Shown here piece by piece: positions 52,674 to 61,380 of a DNA stretch of 64,000 nucleotides. The DNA is from Phycicoccus sp. GTDB lineage: Bacteria > Actinomycetota > Actinomycetes > Actinomycetales > Dermatophilaceae. Position 1 is the first letter of the stretch. Each line of letters opens with the position of its first letter. The notes under the pieces are model-generated. The model ran no database searches. It saw only the letters and a program-made list of their open reading frames with translations, and had not been told where the DNA came from. Made by a program: the position numbers and the translations under genes. Location: NCBI GenBank assembly GCA_012927555.1, contig JABBOX010000232.1, positions 7,886-71,885 on the forward strand, read 5' to 3'.

Positions 52674-53368
52674 TGCGCCAGCACCTGGTCGGCAGCGGCG
52701 GCCAACGCGCCCTTCGCGGAGCTTCCTGGCGGTATGCCGTGCAACAGGGCTGCGGCCAGCGACGGCTCTTCGCGGACCACCGCGAGCATCGGCAGGTCCA
52801 GCGCCCCGGCAACGGTGTCCGCAAGATGGCTGCCTCGGCCGCTGGTGCGCAGGCAGAGCCAGACATCAGGACAGGTGCGGACGAGGTGCTCGGCGATCGC
52901 GCTGGCACCAGCCAGATCACAGATGCCCGATCCTGCGAGCAGCACGATCGCATCGACGGAAGGCGCTAGCGCCGCAAAGACCTCGTGATCAGGACGCGGC
53001 AGGTCGACCACGACCAGATCCACCGCTGTGCTGAGCGCACGGAGCACCTCCTCAACGGTCCCCGCCTCCAGCTGCACGTCACGTGCGCGATCGAAGGAGA
53101 GCACGCTCACGTCGTCCACGGACGGCAGGCGCCGCAGTAGCTCACCCCCGTCGACGCGGCCCCTGACCCCGGCCAGGTCCGGCCAGCGCACCCCAGGCTC
53201 CTGCTCGACTCCCAGAGTGACATCGAGTCCCCCTCCCAGCCGGTCCCCGTCCAGACAGACCGGGCGCAGACCCGCGAGCGCCGCCCGCACGGCGATGGCC
53301 ACGGTGAGCACAGAGGCACCGACTCCGCCGGACCCGCCGACCACTCCGATGACCTGTGACGTCTTCAT
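52640..53368 (-). CDS. CpaE-like / Ssd-like ParA-MinD family protein
   Basis: From the internal ATG, MKTSQVIGVVGGSGGVGASVLTVAIA is a deviant Walker A. The upstream part of the track ORF is Pro/Arg-rich and was rejected. Confidence 0.75.
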   Translation of the reverse strand: MKTSQVIGVVGGSGGVGASVLTVAIAVRAALAGLRPVCLDGDRLGGGLDVTLGVEQEPGVRWPDLAGVRGRVDGGELLRRLPSVDDVSVLSFDRARDVQLEAGTVEEVLRALSTAVDLVVVDLPRPDHEVFAALAPSVDAIVLLAGSGICDLAGASAIAEHLVRTCPDVWLCLRTSGRGSHLADTVAGALDLPMLAVVREEPSLAAALLHGIPPGSSAKGALAAAADQVLAQCVAGSRRRAS

Positions 53369-53719
53369 GCGACAACGGTGGTCCGCGGGCAGCCGTCCTG
53401 CCAGAGCGTTCGTCGGACTGTGGACGGTGGGGCGAACGGTGGGTGGGCTGTGGATGGAGAGTGGGCCGCGGATGGACGAACCCGGCCCGGAACAGGGGAC
53501 GGCCCCCGACGGGGGGACATCGGGGGCCGTCGGCGCACCAACCTCCGGGGGGGAGGAACTGGTACGCCGGCACACTCGACCCCTAAGGGGAGTGCGCATG
53601 TCCAATCATGAGCGATTTGGCCCATCAGCGCAAACGGCTGAGCCGATCCGCCCGGCTGCCCGCAAAGATGGGCTGTCCGAGGGGGTTGGCGGGGGTCTTG
53701 CGAGGTGCTTTGCGAATAA

Positions 53720-53749
53720 GGATGGCACCCCGCGAACGAGGTGCCATCC
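53720..53749 (-). terminator. Strong hairpin (10-bp perfect stem), terminator-like on the minus strand
   Basis: GGATGGCACC-N10-GGTGCCATCC, followed on the minus strand by TTATTC. It lies between the Fic-like gene and the CpaE-like gene. Confidence 0.4.
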
Positions 53750-53988
53750 GACCGTGAGACTTGCGAGTTACCAAGCGTGAATCTACAAAGTCGCAGTGGG
53801 ACAAGCCCGCCACGATCGGTCCATCAGTGGACTGCCCGCGCGTGGGTGCCCGTTCGTCTCACGGTGCCGTCGGACTCTCGCCCATCGGCTTACATCCTTT
53901 TCTACTCGCCTTTGGCAGCAAACGTAAGTCTTGACTTTCCAGACAAATCAGAGACGTGATCTCGCCGCTGGGGCAGTCGGATTCAACC

Positions 53989-54831
53989 TCAGGTGAGGCG
54001 GCCGACGAGGACGGCGTCCGCGATACGGCCGCCTTCCTGCGCCCCTGCAACGATCGCCTTCGCGCAATGTTTGATCCACAGCGCGACCCCCTGTGGTGAG
54101 CCGGATCCGTATGCCGCGAGCGCTCCCACATAGGCCGCGACACCACCGGCACCATGGCCCACCTCGGTCACTGCGACCCCTGTCGGGTCCAAGCCGCTGG
54201 CCTGGATAACGGCTCGCTCGATCGCCCGAGCAACCAGTCCGTTGCCGCGGACGAAGGGCCGGACGGTCGCGATCTCCGCGTGCACCAACGCCGCCACCAC
54301 AACCGCGGGAGCATCCTTCGCACACAGCAAGAGCTCAACGATCCCTGAAAGTCGCTGTCTCACAACGTCTTCGTCGGGGGCAGGGCCAAGATCTGAGAAC
54401 TCTCGCGAGGTCTCGCCCGCCCGTCTGGGTCGCCCCACCTGAGCCTCCGGCAGCAGATGACCCGCGGCGCCGAGATGGACCCGCGCCAATGCCTGGGACG
54501 GTGCGGCGACGACCATCGCCAGGATGTGCTCGGTCTCCGCCGTGGCCTGCACCGCACCCTTGAGCACGGCCTCGACCGGGTCCGGGTTCTGGGACCAGGC
54601 CGCGGCGCCACGCATGAGGTCGCGAACGACGGCCACGTCCATCTCGGCGCCGTCGAGCGCGGCGCTCGCGCGGGCACCCCGGACCCGCGACTCCGCAGCG
54701 GCAGCAGGGATTCGGCGTCTCAGTGCCTGATGCCACCGCAGTTGGGTGCAGGCCTCCCGCGCGGCATCGGTGGCCTCGGACACGCCTGGCAACGCCGACA
54801 GCTGGACGAGGGAATAAGCAGTGGTGGACAC
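53989..54831 (-). CDS. Fic-fold protein with degenerate active-site motif
   Basis: VHAEIATVRPFVRGNGLVAR aligns with the Fic core HPFxDGNGRxxR, but the catalytic His is Arg and Asp/Glu is Arg. Confidence 0.55.
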   Translation of the reverse strand: MSTTAYSLVQLSALPGVSEATDAAREACTQLRWHQALRRRIPAAAAESRVRGARASAALDGAEMDVAVVRDLMRGAAAWSQNPDPVEAVLKGAVQATAETEHILAMVVAAPSQALARVHLGAAGHLLPEAQVGRPRRAGETSREFSDLGPAPDEDVVRQRLSGIVELLLCAKDAPAVVVAALVHAEIATVRPFVRGNGLVARAIERAVIQASGLDPTGVAVTEVGHGAGGVAAYVGALAAYGSGSPQGVALWIKHCAKAIVAGAQEGGRIADAVLVGRLT

Positions 54832-54854
54832 GCCCTGAGCCTAGAGTTCCCCAC

Positions 54855-56057
54855 GTGCCCCCAGCCACGGACCTCACCACGCTGGTGATCGTCGTCTCCA
54901 CGGCGATCGCCCTGATGACGCTGGCCTGGGCGCTCGCGAGAGCCGTGCGGCGGCGGGGCGAGTTCGGTTCACCGGTCGACCGCGCAACGTACGACACGCT
55001 CCATACGGCGTCGCTGGCCTCGCAGCACCTTCACGAGGGGCTCACCCCGCAGGGTGCGTCCAGGGCGGCCAAACATCTCCGTGCCTTGTTGGGCACCCAG
55101 GCAATCGCCCTGTGCGACACCGCTTCCACACTCGCATGGGACGGGACGGGGGCACACCACCGGGAGCAGGTATGGCGGCACGCCAGGGAGGTGCTCGCCA
55201 CCGGCCACACGGTGGTCCTCGGGGCCAAGGACGTGGCGTGCGGGGACCCGGACTGCACCATCCGGACCTCGGTCCTGGCACCGGTGATCTCCGAAGAGCG
55301 CGTCGTCGCCGCGCTGGCTGCCTACGGACCGAGCGCCTCCGCCGGCCTGGTCCGGGCGACCGAGGAAGTGGCCACCTGGGTGTCAACGCAGATCGAGCTT
55401 GCCGAGCTGGGGCGTCAGAGGTCTCGTGCCACGGAAGCCGAGCTGCGAGCACTCCGGGCCCAGATCAGCCCGCATTTCATCTACAACTCGTTGGCCGCCA
55501 TCGCTTCGTTCGTCCGCACCGACCCTGACCGGGCCCGAGAGCTCCTCCTCGAGTTCGCCGACTTCACCCGCTATGCGTTCCGTCGCGGCGGGGCGTTCAC
55601 CACGCTGGCGGAGGAGCTGGGCAACATCGAGCACTATCTGGCGCTTGAACAGGCTCGCTTCGGGGATCGGCTGCAGATTTCGCTCCTCGTCGCGCCCGAG
55701 GTCCTGCCGGTCGCCGTGCCCTATCTGGCGATCCAGCCCTTGGTGGAGAACGCGGTCCGTCACGGCCTCGAGTCCAAGGAGGGCATCGGACATGTCACCA
55801 TCACGGCGACCGACGAGGGCGCCGAGGCCGAGATCGTGGTCGAGGACGACGGTGTCGGAACCGACCCTGAAGTGATGCGCCGCGTCCTGGCCGGGGATCA
55901 GGACAGCGACAGCGTCGGCCTCGGCAACGTGGACGCCCGCTTGCGCCAGGTCTATGGCGACGAGTACGGCCTCGTGGTCGAGACGGCGCTCGGTGCCGGA
56001 ACACGGGTCAGCTTCCGGGTTCCCAAGTACGCACCTGGCGTTCACCCGTCGCCGTAA
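54855..56057 (+). CDS. LytS-type sensor histidine kinase (His_kinase/HATPase)
   Basis: ISPHFIYNSLAAIASFV H-box of the LytS/YehU family and the ATPase region PLVENAVRHG...GLGNV. The GTG at 54855 was chosen to avoid overlap with the divergent gene. Confidence 0.85.
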   Translation: MPPATDLTTLVIVVSTAIALMTLAWALARAVRRRGEFGSPVDRATYDTLHTASLASQHLHEGLTPQGASRAAKHLRALLGTQAIALCDTASTLAWDGTGAHHREQVWRHAREVLATGHTVVLGAKDVACGDPDCTIRTSVLAPVISEERVVAALAAYGPSASAGLVRATEEVATWVSTQIELAELGRQRSRATEAELRALRAQISPHFIYNSLAAIASFVRTDPDRARELLLEFADFTRYAFRRGGAFTTLAEELGNIEHYLALEQARFGDRLQISLLVAPEVLPVAVPYLAIQPLVENAVRHGLESKEGIGHVTITATDEGAEAEIVVEDDGVGTDPEVMRRVLAGDQDSDSVGLGNVDARLRQVYGDEYGLVVETALGAGTRVSFRVPKYAPGVHPSP

Positions 56058-56067
56058 TCTGTAGCCC

Positions 56068-56895
56068 ATGCCCGTCAAGCCTTCTCCTTCTCCCGACCCC
56101 GCGGTCGTGCCGACCCAGCCGCCGTCGGGCCTGCGAGCGCTGCTGGTCGACGACGAGGCACCTGCCCTGTCCGAGCTGGCCTTCCTGTTGCGCCAGGACC
56201 ACCGGATCGGCGAGATCCGCACCGCGACCAGCGGGGCCGATGCCCTTCGGGCTCTGGAGACCCACTCGGTCGACGTCGTCTTCTGCGACATCAAGATGCC
56301 GGGTCTGGACGGGATGGAGTTCGCGCGCGTGCTGGCCCGGTTTGCCGAGCGCCCACAGATCGTCTTCGTCACCGCCTATGACGAGCATGCCGTCGACGCG
56401 TTCGAGGTCCGAGCCGCCGACTACGTGATGAAGCCGGTCCGCGCCGACCGCCTCACTGAGGCGGTACGCCGAGTGATGGCCGCGCACGACCGCGACAGCG
56501 CCTCGTCCGGGCCGTCCTCCGGCCATGAGCCTTCGGTCGGTCCCGATACCGCGGACGAGACCATTCCCATCGAGCTCGGTGGCGTCACCACATTCATCCA
56601 GCGCTCCAAGGTGCTGTACGCCCAGGCACACGGCGACTACGCGCGCCTTCACACGGCGACCGGCTCCCATCTCGTGCGAATCTCGCTCACCACTCTCGAA
56701 GACCGTTGGGGCGCATCAGGATTCGTCCGGATCCACCGCAGCACGCTGGTCTCGCTCCCCCAGGTGACGGAAGTTCGTATGGACCGCGGCCGGTGCTCGG
56801 TCCGACTGGAGGGGGTCGAGCTCCAGGTGAGTCGGCGGCATACGCGTGATCTGCGCGAGCGTCTGTTGCGCTGGGACAAGGCCAGCGACACCTGA
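56068..56895 (+). CDS. LytTR-family response regulator
   Basis: Receiver domain LLVDDEAPAL...VVFCDIKMPG and a C-terminal LytTR DNA-binding pattern (YAQAHGDYARLHT...SRRH). Confidence 0.9.
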   Translation: MPVKPSPSPDPAVVPTQPPSGLRALLVDDEAPALSELAFLLRQDHRIGEIRTATSGADALRALETHSVDVVFCDIKMPGLDGMEFARVLARFAERPQIVFVTAYDEHAVDAFEVRAADYVMKPVRADRLTEAVRRVMAAHDRDSASSGPSSGHEPSVGPDTADETIPIELGGVTTFIQRSKVLYAQAHGDYARLHTATGSHLVRISLTTLEDRWGASGFVRIHRSTLVSLPQVTEVRMDRGRCSVRLEGVELQVSRRHTRDLRERLLRWDKASDT

Positions 56896-57284
56896 TGCCG
56901 GGCGCCAGCGACCAGGAGCCGTCCAAACGGGTTCGCATCACCTCACCACGACGTGCGGCGGCCCGGCGCAGCCCCACCAGGCCCGCCACCACGGAGATCG
57001 AGGAACAGACCGGTCTCGGCAAGGTCTACATGGCTGCTTTGCTGCGAGCGCAGCTACGGCTGACCGTGTCCGTGCTGGTGGCGGCCGCCGCCGGTCTCGG
57101 CGTACTGCCGCTCCTGTTCCTTGTCGTCCCTGCCACCCACGAGATCCGCGTGTGGCTGATCCCCCTCCCCTGGATCATTCTCGGCGTGCTGGTCTATCCG
57201 GTCGTCGCCCTCGCAGCCCTCTACTACGTGCGGCATGCAGAGGCCATCGAACGCGACTTCGCAGACCTCGTGGATCGCCGGTGA
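56895..57284 (+). CDS. Small two-TM membrane protein (DUF485-like)
   Basis: 129-aa ORF immediately upstream of the solute:sodium symporter gene, with two hydrophobic helices. The arrangement resembles yjcH-actP. Confidence 0.5.
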   Translation: MPGASDQEPSKRVRITSPRRAAARRSPTRPATTEIEEQTGLGKVYMAALLRAQLRLTVSVLVAAAAGLGVLPLLFLVVPATHEIRVWLIPLPWIILGVLVYPVVALAALYYVRHAEAIERDFADLVDRR

Positions 57285-57291
57285 GCGGGCA

Positions 57292-58848
57292 GTGAACGCC
57301 GGGCTCGGCATCTCGGCCGTCACTTTCGTCTGCGTCATCACCCTGGGCATCGGAGCGTTCGGTCTCCGGTTGTCCCGCACCACCAGTGACTTCTACGTCG
57401 CAAGTCGAGTCGTCAGCCCCGGATGGAACGCCTCTGCCATCGGCGGCGAGTACCTCTCCGCCGCTTCGTTTCTTGGGGTTGCCGGCCTCGTCTACACGCT
57501 GGGTGCCGACATGCTCTGGTTCCCCGTCGGTTACACCGTGGGCTATCTCGTGCTGCTGGTTCTGGTGGCGGCCCCCTTGCGGCGGTCCGGCGCCTACACC
57601 CTCCCCGACTTCGCAGAGGACCGGCTGGAGAGTGTCCCGGTCCGACGGCTCTGCTCCCTGCTTGTCGTCGGTATCGGCTGGCTGTATCTGCTGCCTCAGT
57701 TCAAGGGAGCCGGCCTCGCCCTCAGCACGGTCACCGGCGCGCCCAGCTGGGTCGGCGGCCTCATCGTCGCGGTCGTCGTCATGGCCAATGTCGTTGCGGG
57801 CGGCATGCGCTCCATCACCCTGGTCCAGGCCGTGCAGTACTGGCTGAAGCTCACGGCAATCAGCATCCCGGTGTTTGTCCTGCTCTGGATCTGGCTACGC
57901 CATGGAGCGCCGCAACCGCACATTGCGCCGACCCCACCGGGACATGAATGGACCCGTCCACTCAGCGGGTTCGGGGGACGCGACCACCCGGTCTACGCCA
58001 CGTACAGCATGCTCTTGGCGCTGTGTTTCGGAACCATGGGTCTGCCCCACGTGCTGGTCCGGTTCTACACGAACCCCGATGGCCGGACGGCACGGCGCAC
58101 CACGTTGATCGTGATCGGGCTGCTCGGGCTGTTCTATGTGTTCACTCCCGTCTACGGCGTACTGGGACGGGTCTACCTCCCGACTCTTCCGCACGGGGTG
58201 CAGGCCGACTCCGTGGTCCTCATGCTCCCGATGGCGATCAGCCCCGGGCTGCTCGGCGAGCTGCTCTCGGCGCTGCTCGCCGGCGGTGCCTTCGCCGCCT
58301 TCCTCTCGACCGCCTCCGGGCTGACGATCTCCGTCGCCGGCGTCATCGACCAGGATCTCTTGCGTCCGCGGATCATCGCCCGGACGGGCGGCGATTCCGT
58401 TGCTGTGCAAGGCTTTCGGATAGCCGCCGTGGTTGCAGTAGTACTCCCCTTCGCTTTCTCGCTCCTCTCTGTCAGGGTCGGCCTGGCCGACACCGTCGGC
58501 TTGGCCTTCGCCGTCGCAGCGTCCACGTTCTGCCCTTTGCTCGTGCTCGGGGTCTGGTGGCGAGGCCTGTCCACGACGGGTGCCGCTGCTGGGTTGGTCA
58601 CCGGAGGCGTGCTGGCGATCTCGGCGGTTCTGGTCACCATGGTCGGCGGTGTGCACAGCGGTTGGTCCGGCGCGCTGCTCGCACAACCGGCCGCGTGGAC
58701 CATGCCCATAGCGTTCCTCGTCACGGTGGTGGTGTCGTTGAAGACGCCCTCACGGATCCCCAAGGGCACCGCCCGCACCATGGTCCGTCTGCATGCCCCC
58801 GAAACCCTCAACGCCGGCCTCCCCGAACCCACCACCTCGAGCTACTGA
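57292..58848 (+). CDS. Solute:sodium symporter family, cation/acetate symporter-like
   Basis: Polytopic ORF with the SSS-family N-terminal pattern SDFYVASR...GWNASAIGGEYLSAASFLGVAG. The GTG at 57292 is proposed as the start. Confidence 0.8.
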   Translation: MNAGLGISAVTFVCVITLGIGAFGLRLSRTTSDFYVASRVVSPGWNASAIGGEYLSAASFLGVAGLVYTLGADMLWFPVGYTVGYLVLLVLVAAPLRRSGAYTLPDFAEDRLESVPVRRLCSLLVVGIGWLYLLPQFKGAGLALSTVTGAPSWVGGLIVAVVVMANVVAGGMRSITLVQAVQYWLKLTAISIPVFVLLWIWLRHGAPQPHIAPTPPGHEWTRPLSGFGGRDHPVYATYSMLLALCFGTMGLPHVLVRFYTNPDGRTARRTTLIVIGLLGLFYVFTPVYGVLGRVYLPTLPHGVQADSVVLMLPMAISPGLLGELLSALLAGGAFAAFLSTASGLTISVAGVIDQDLLRPRIIARTGGDSVAVQGFRIAAVVAVVLPFAFSLLSVRVGLADTVGLAFAVAASTFCPLLVLGVWWRGLSTTGAAAGLVTGGVLAISAVLVTMVGGVHSGWSGALLAQPAAWTMPIAFLVTVVVSLKTPSRIPKGTARTMVRLHAPETLNAGLPEPTTSSY

Positions 58849-59034
58849 CTCCTGGGTCATCGACCGCCGCTACCGCTGAACCGGGCAAACGCACCGTTGG
58901 GCGCGACCACCACAGCCACACGTCGAGCCGGGTGCCCGGTGAACGCTTGACGCCGCGCGGGTACTGACGGCGGACAACTCACACTCCTTACCTTGGGATT
59001 CCCGGGCGGCGTGCGCCCTCGCGAAAGGACTGTC

Positions 59035-59658
59035 ATGACACAGGTATCGACCCCAACACAAACCCCGCAGACAGGGTCGGCGCCGTCGTTCGGTGCCCAC
59101 CTCGCCGACCCCGGGCCGCTTGGCCTCGCAGCGTTTGCCCTCACCACGTTCATGCTCAGCTCGTTCAACTCTGGGCTGGCGCCCAAGTCCGCCGAGGTCG
59201 TCGTCCTCGGTGTGGCGCTGTTCTATGGCGGCCTCGCGCAGCTGTTCGCCGGAATGTGGGAGTTCGCCAAGGGCAACACGTTTGGCGCCCTGGCGTTCAG
59301 CTCCTACGGCGCGTTCTGGATGTCGTTCTGGTATCTGGTCTCGCACGGCAAGGACCTTCCCACGACAGGAAACGACGCGGCCCAGGGCATCGGCGTGTTC
59401 CTGCTCGCGTGGACCATCTTCACGCTCTACATGACGTTCGTCGCATCGAAGCTGTCCGGAATTCTCTTCGTGCTGTTCTCGGTTCTGTCCGTCACCTTCA
59501 TCTTCCTGACGATGGGCGAGTTCGCCGGCTCCTCCACCATGACCCACATCGGTGGCTATCTGGGCCTGCTCACCGCCTTCGTGGCGTGGTACGCCTCCTT
59601 CGCCGGAGTTCTCAACGGCAGCGTCAAGCGCGTCGTCATGCCCACCTGGCCGCGCTGA
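59035..59658 (+). CDS. GPR1/FUN34/YaaH-family acetate/succinate channel
   Basis: ADPGPLGLAAFALTTF and GNTFGALAFSSYGAFW signatures of SatP/YaaH. Confidence 0.88.
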   Translation: MTQVSTPTQTPQTGSAPSFGAHLADPGPLGLAAFALTTFMLSSFNSGLAPKSAEVVVLGVALFYGGLAQLFAGMWEFAKGNTFGALAFSSYGAFWMSFWYLVSHGKDLPTTGNDAAQGIGVFLLAWTIFTLYMTFVASKLSGILFVLFSVLSVTFIFLTMGEFAGSSTMTHIGGYLGLLTAFVAWYASFAGVLNGSVKRVVMPTWPR

Positions 59659-59792
59659 CGTCGGCAGAGCCTGGGCACTAGGCACTACCGACACGTCGGG
59701 TGATCGACGTGAACCGCCCGGTTGCGTTCTCAGCCAACGCAACCGGGCGGTTCTGTCGCGTCTGGGGAAAGACGCCACATCGGCCAGGGCGG

Positions 59793-60689
59793 TCAGTCGA
59801 CGTGAACCGCCGAGCGAGCCCGACGCCACACGTACGGGCCTGCGACAACGAGCCCCGCGACGACAGCCGCCGGCCAGAAGGTGTTCCAGCTGATTTCCAG
59901 GAGCACTCGCCAAGCCGACCGTGCGACCGACAGCATCGAGTCCGCGACGTCCGCCACGGAGGTGCCACCGCCACGGTGACGCAGGATCTGAGCGCCGTTG
60001 TCGACCGCGGTCATGGCGAGGGCGAGCAACCAGTACAGCGCGAGGAAAGCCGGCCAGAGCAGGACACCTGACCACCGCCGCCACGCGATCATCACGAGCA
60101 AGGCCACGAGGATCGGCCGGGTCAACCATCGCTGGTCCGCGCGAGGGTCCAGGAAGAGCGCCGCGATGAGCGACACCACCGGGGATGCGGCAAGCAGACC
60201 GAGAAACCCGAAGCGCCGCAACGACCCGACCGCGACGGCACCGATCGCCACCCCGGCCAGGGCCGTGATGACACAGATGCCGAGCATGGTCGTGCGCTCG
60301 CTCGCGTTGACGTAGAAGGGCGCGGATGACCAGTTGCCCGCGGTCGAACGCCCCTGGCCCAGCGTCACCGCCACGGAGCCTACGTAACCCAGGAGGACCG
60401 ACCCGAGCGCCAGCTCCCATCGCCGCAGGACTGCGACCACCACGATGGATGCTCCCAGCGGCCCGAAGACGGCGAACCCGAGGTCCCCGAGCACTACGGG
60501 CAGGGTGGGCAGCCAGCCCCCGGACGTCGGGGGAAAGCCGGCACGCTTCCACGGCAGAAACGCCAGAGCCCACCAGCCCAGGGCCATGACAGGCACGCCG
60601 ATCACTTGCAGGACCTTCGTCATACCGGTTGACGGTTGGGGGGTCCAGGCTCTTTCGGGCGCGGCCCAGTCGGACCTTGGTGCAGTCAT
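59793..60689 (-). CDS. Polytopic membrane protein, unknown function
   Basis: 298-aa reading from the internal ATG at 60689, with about 8 hydrophobic helices. The track N-terminal extension is Arg-rich and overlaps the GNAT gene. Confidence 0.5.
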   Translation of the reverse strand: MTAPRSDWAAPERAWTPQPSTGMTKVLQVIGVPVMALGWWALAFLPWKRAGFPPTSGGWLPTLPVVLGDLGFAVFGPLGASIVVVAVLRRWELALGSVLLGYVGSVAVTLGQGRSTAGNWSSAPFYVNASERTTMLGICVITALAGVAIGAVAVGSLRRFGFLGLLAASPVVSLIAALFLDPRADQRWLTRPILVALLVMIAWRRWSGVLLWPAFLALYWLLALAMTAVDNGAQILRHRGGGTSVADVADSMLSVARSAWRVLLEISWNTFWPAAVVAGLVVAGPYVWRRARSAVHVD

Positions 60690-60775
60690 GACGCGCAGCG
60701 TAGTCAGGAACTGCACGGTGACCGAACGGAAGTGCACCAGGGCAGCAAGCCGACGGACCGGCATACAGTCCTCGC

Positions 60776-61258
60776 GTGGAACTGATCCCCTGCCCCTACG
60801 GCCACCCCGACGTCGTCGCCCTGACCGGCGAGGTGCAGGCGCACTATCGCGAGCTCTACGGCGGACCCGGCGACGAGAGCACGGTGGAGGCAGCCGACTT
60901 TGAGCCACCCACCGGGCATTTCGTCGTGGGCTACGTCGATGGCGAACCGGTCGCGATGGGTGGGTGGCGACGGTTGGGAGACCGCCCCGGCCTGCCTTCC
61001 CCGAATACGGCAGAGATCAAGCGCATGTATGTCGCCCCCTCCGTCCGCGGGCGCGGTCTGTCCCGAGTCGTTCTGACCGAGCTTGAAACCAGTGCCCGAG
61101 CTGCCGGCATCGACTGGCTGGTGCTCGAGACCGGGCAGCCGCAGACCAGCGCGATCGCCCTCTACCGCTCATCCGGCTACACGGATATCGATGGCACGCC
61201 CTATGGCCACTACGTCCACCACGTCAACGCCATCCATCTCGGCAAGTCGCTCGGTTGA
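60776..61258 (+). CDS. GNAT-family N-acetyltransferase
   Basis: 160-aa ORF with the acetyl-CoA-binding motif A pattern MYVAPSVRGRGLSRVVL. Confidence 0.85.
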   Translation: MELIPCPYGHPDVVALTGEVQAHYRELYGGPGDESTVEAADFEPPTGHFVVGYVDGEPVAMGGWRRLGDRPGLPSPNTAEIKRMYVAPSVRGRGLSRVVLTELETSARAAGIDWLVLETGQPQTSAIALYRSSGYTDIDGTPYGHYVHHVNAIHLGKSLG

Positions 61259-61380
61259 GCGGTCCGACCGCTCAACGCCGCAACTGCCCGCCCGTCGCCC
61301 GAGCGGGCAGAGGGTCTTGATGCCCGAGCGGATACCCGGTTGAGTGAGGCTGTAACCCCGCCTGTGACCTGGAGGATGTT

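Noticed and set aside
52674-53605. N-terminal extension of the CpaE-like ORF (track start 53605) and overlapping ORFs 53028..53780 +, 53142..53573 -
   Set aside because: The extension is Pro/Arg-rich and lacks similarity to ParA/MinD proteins. The deviant Walker A begins right after the ATG at 53368.
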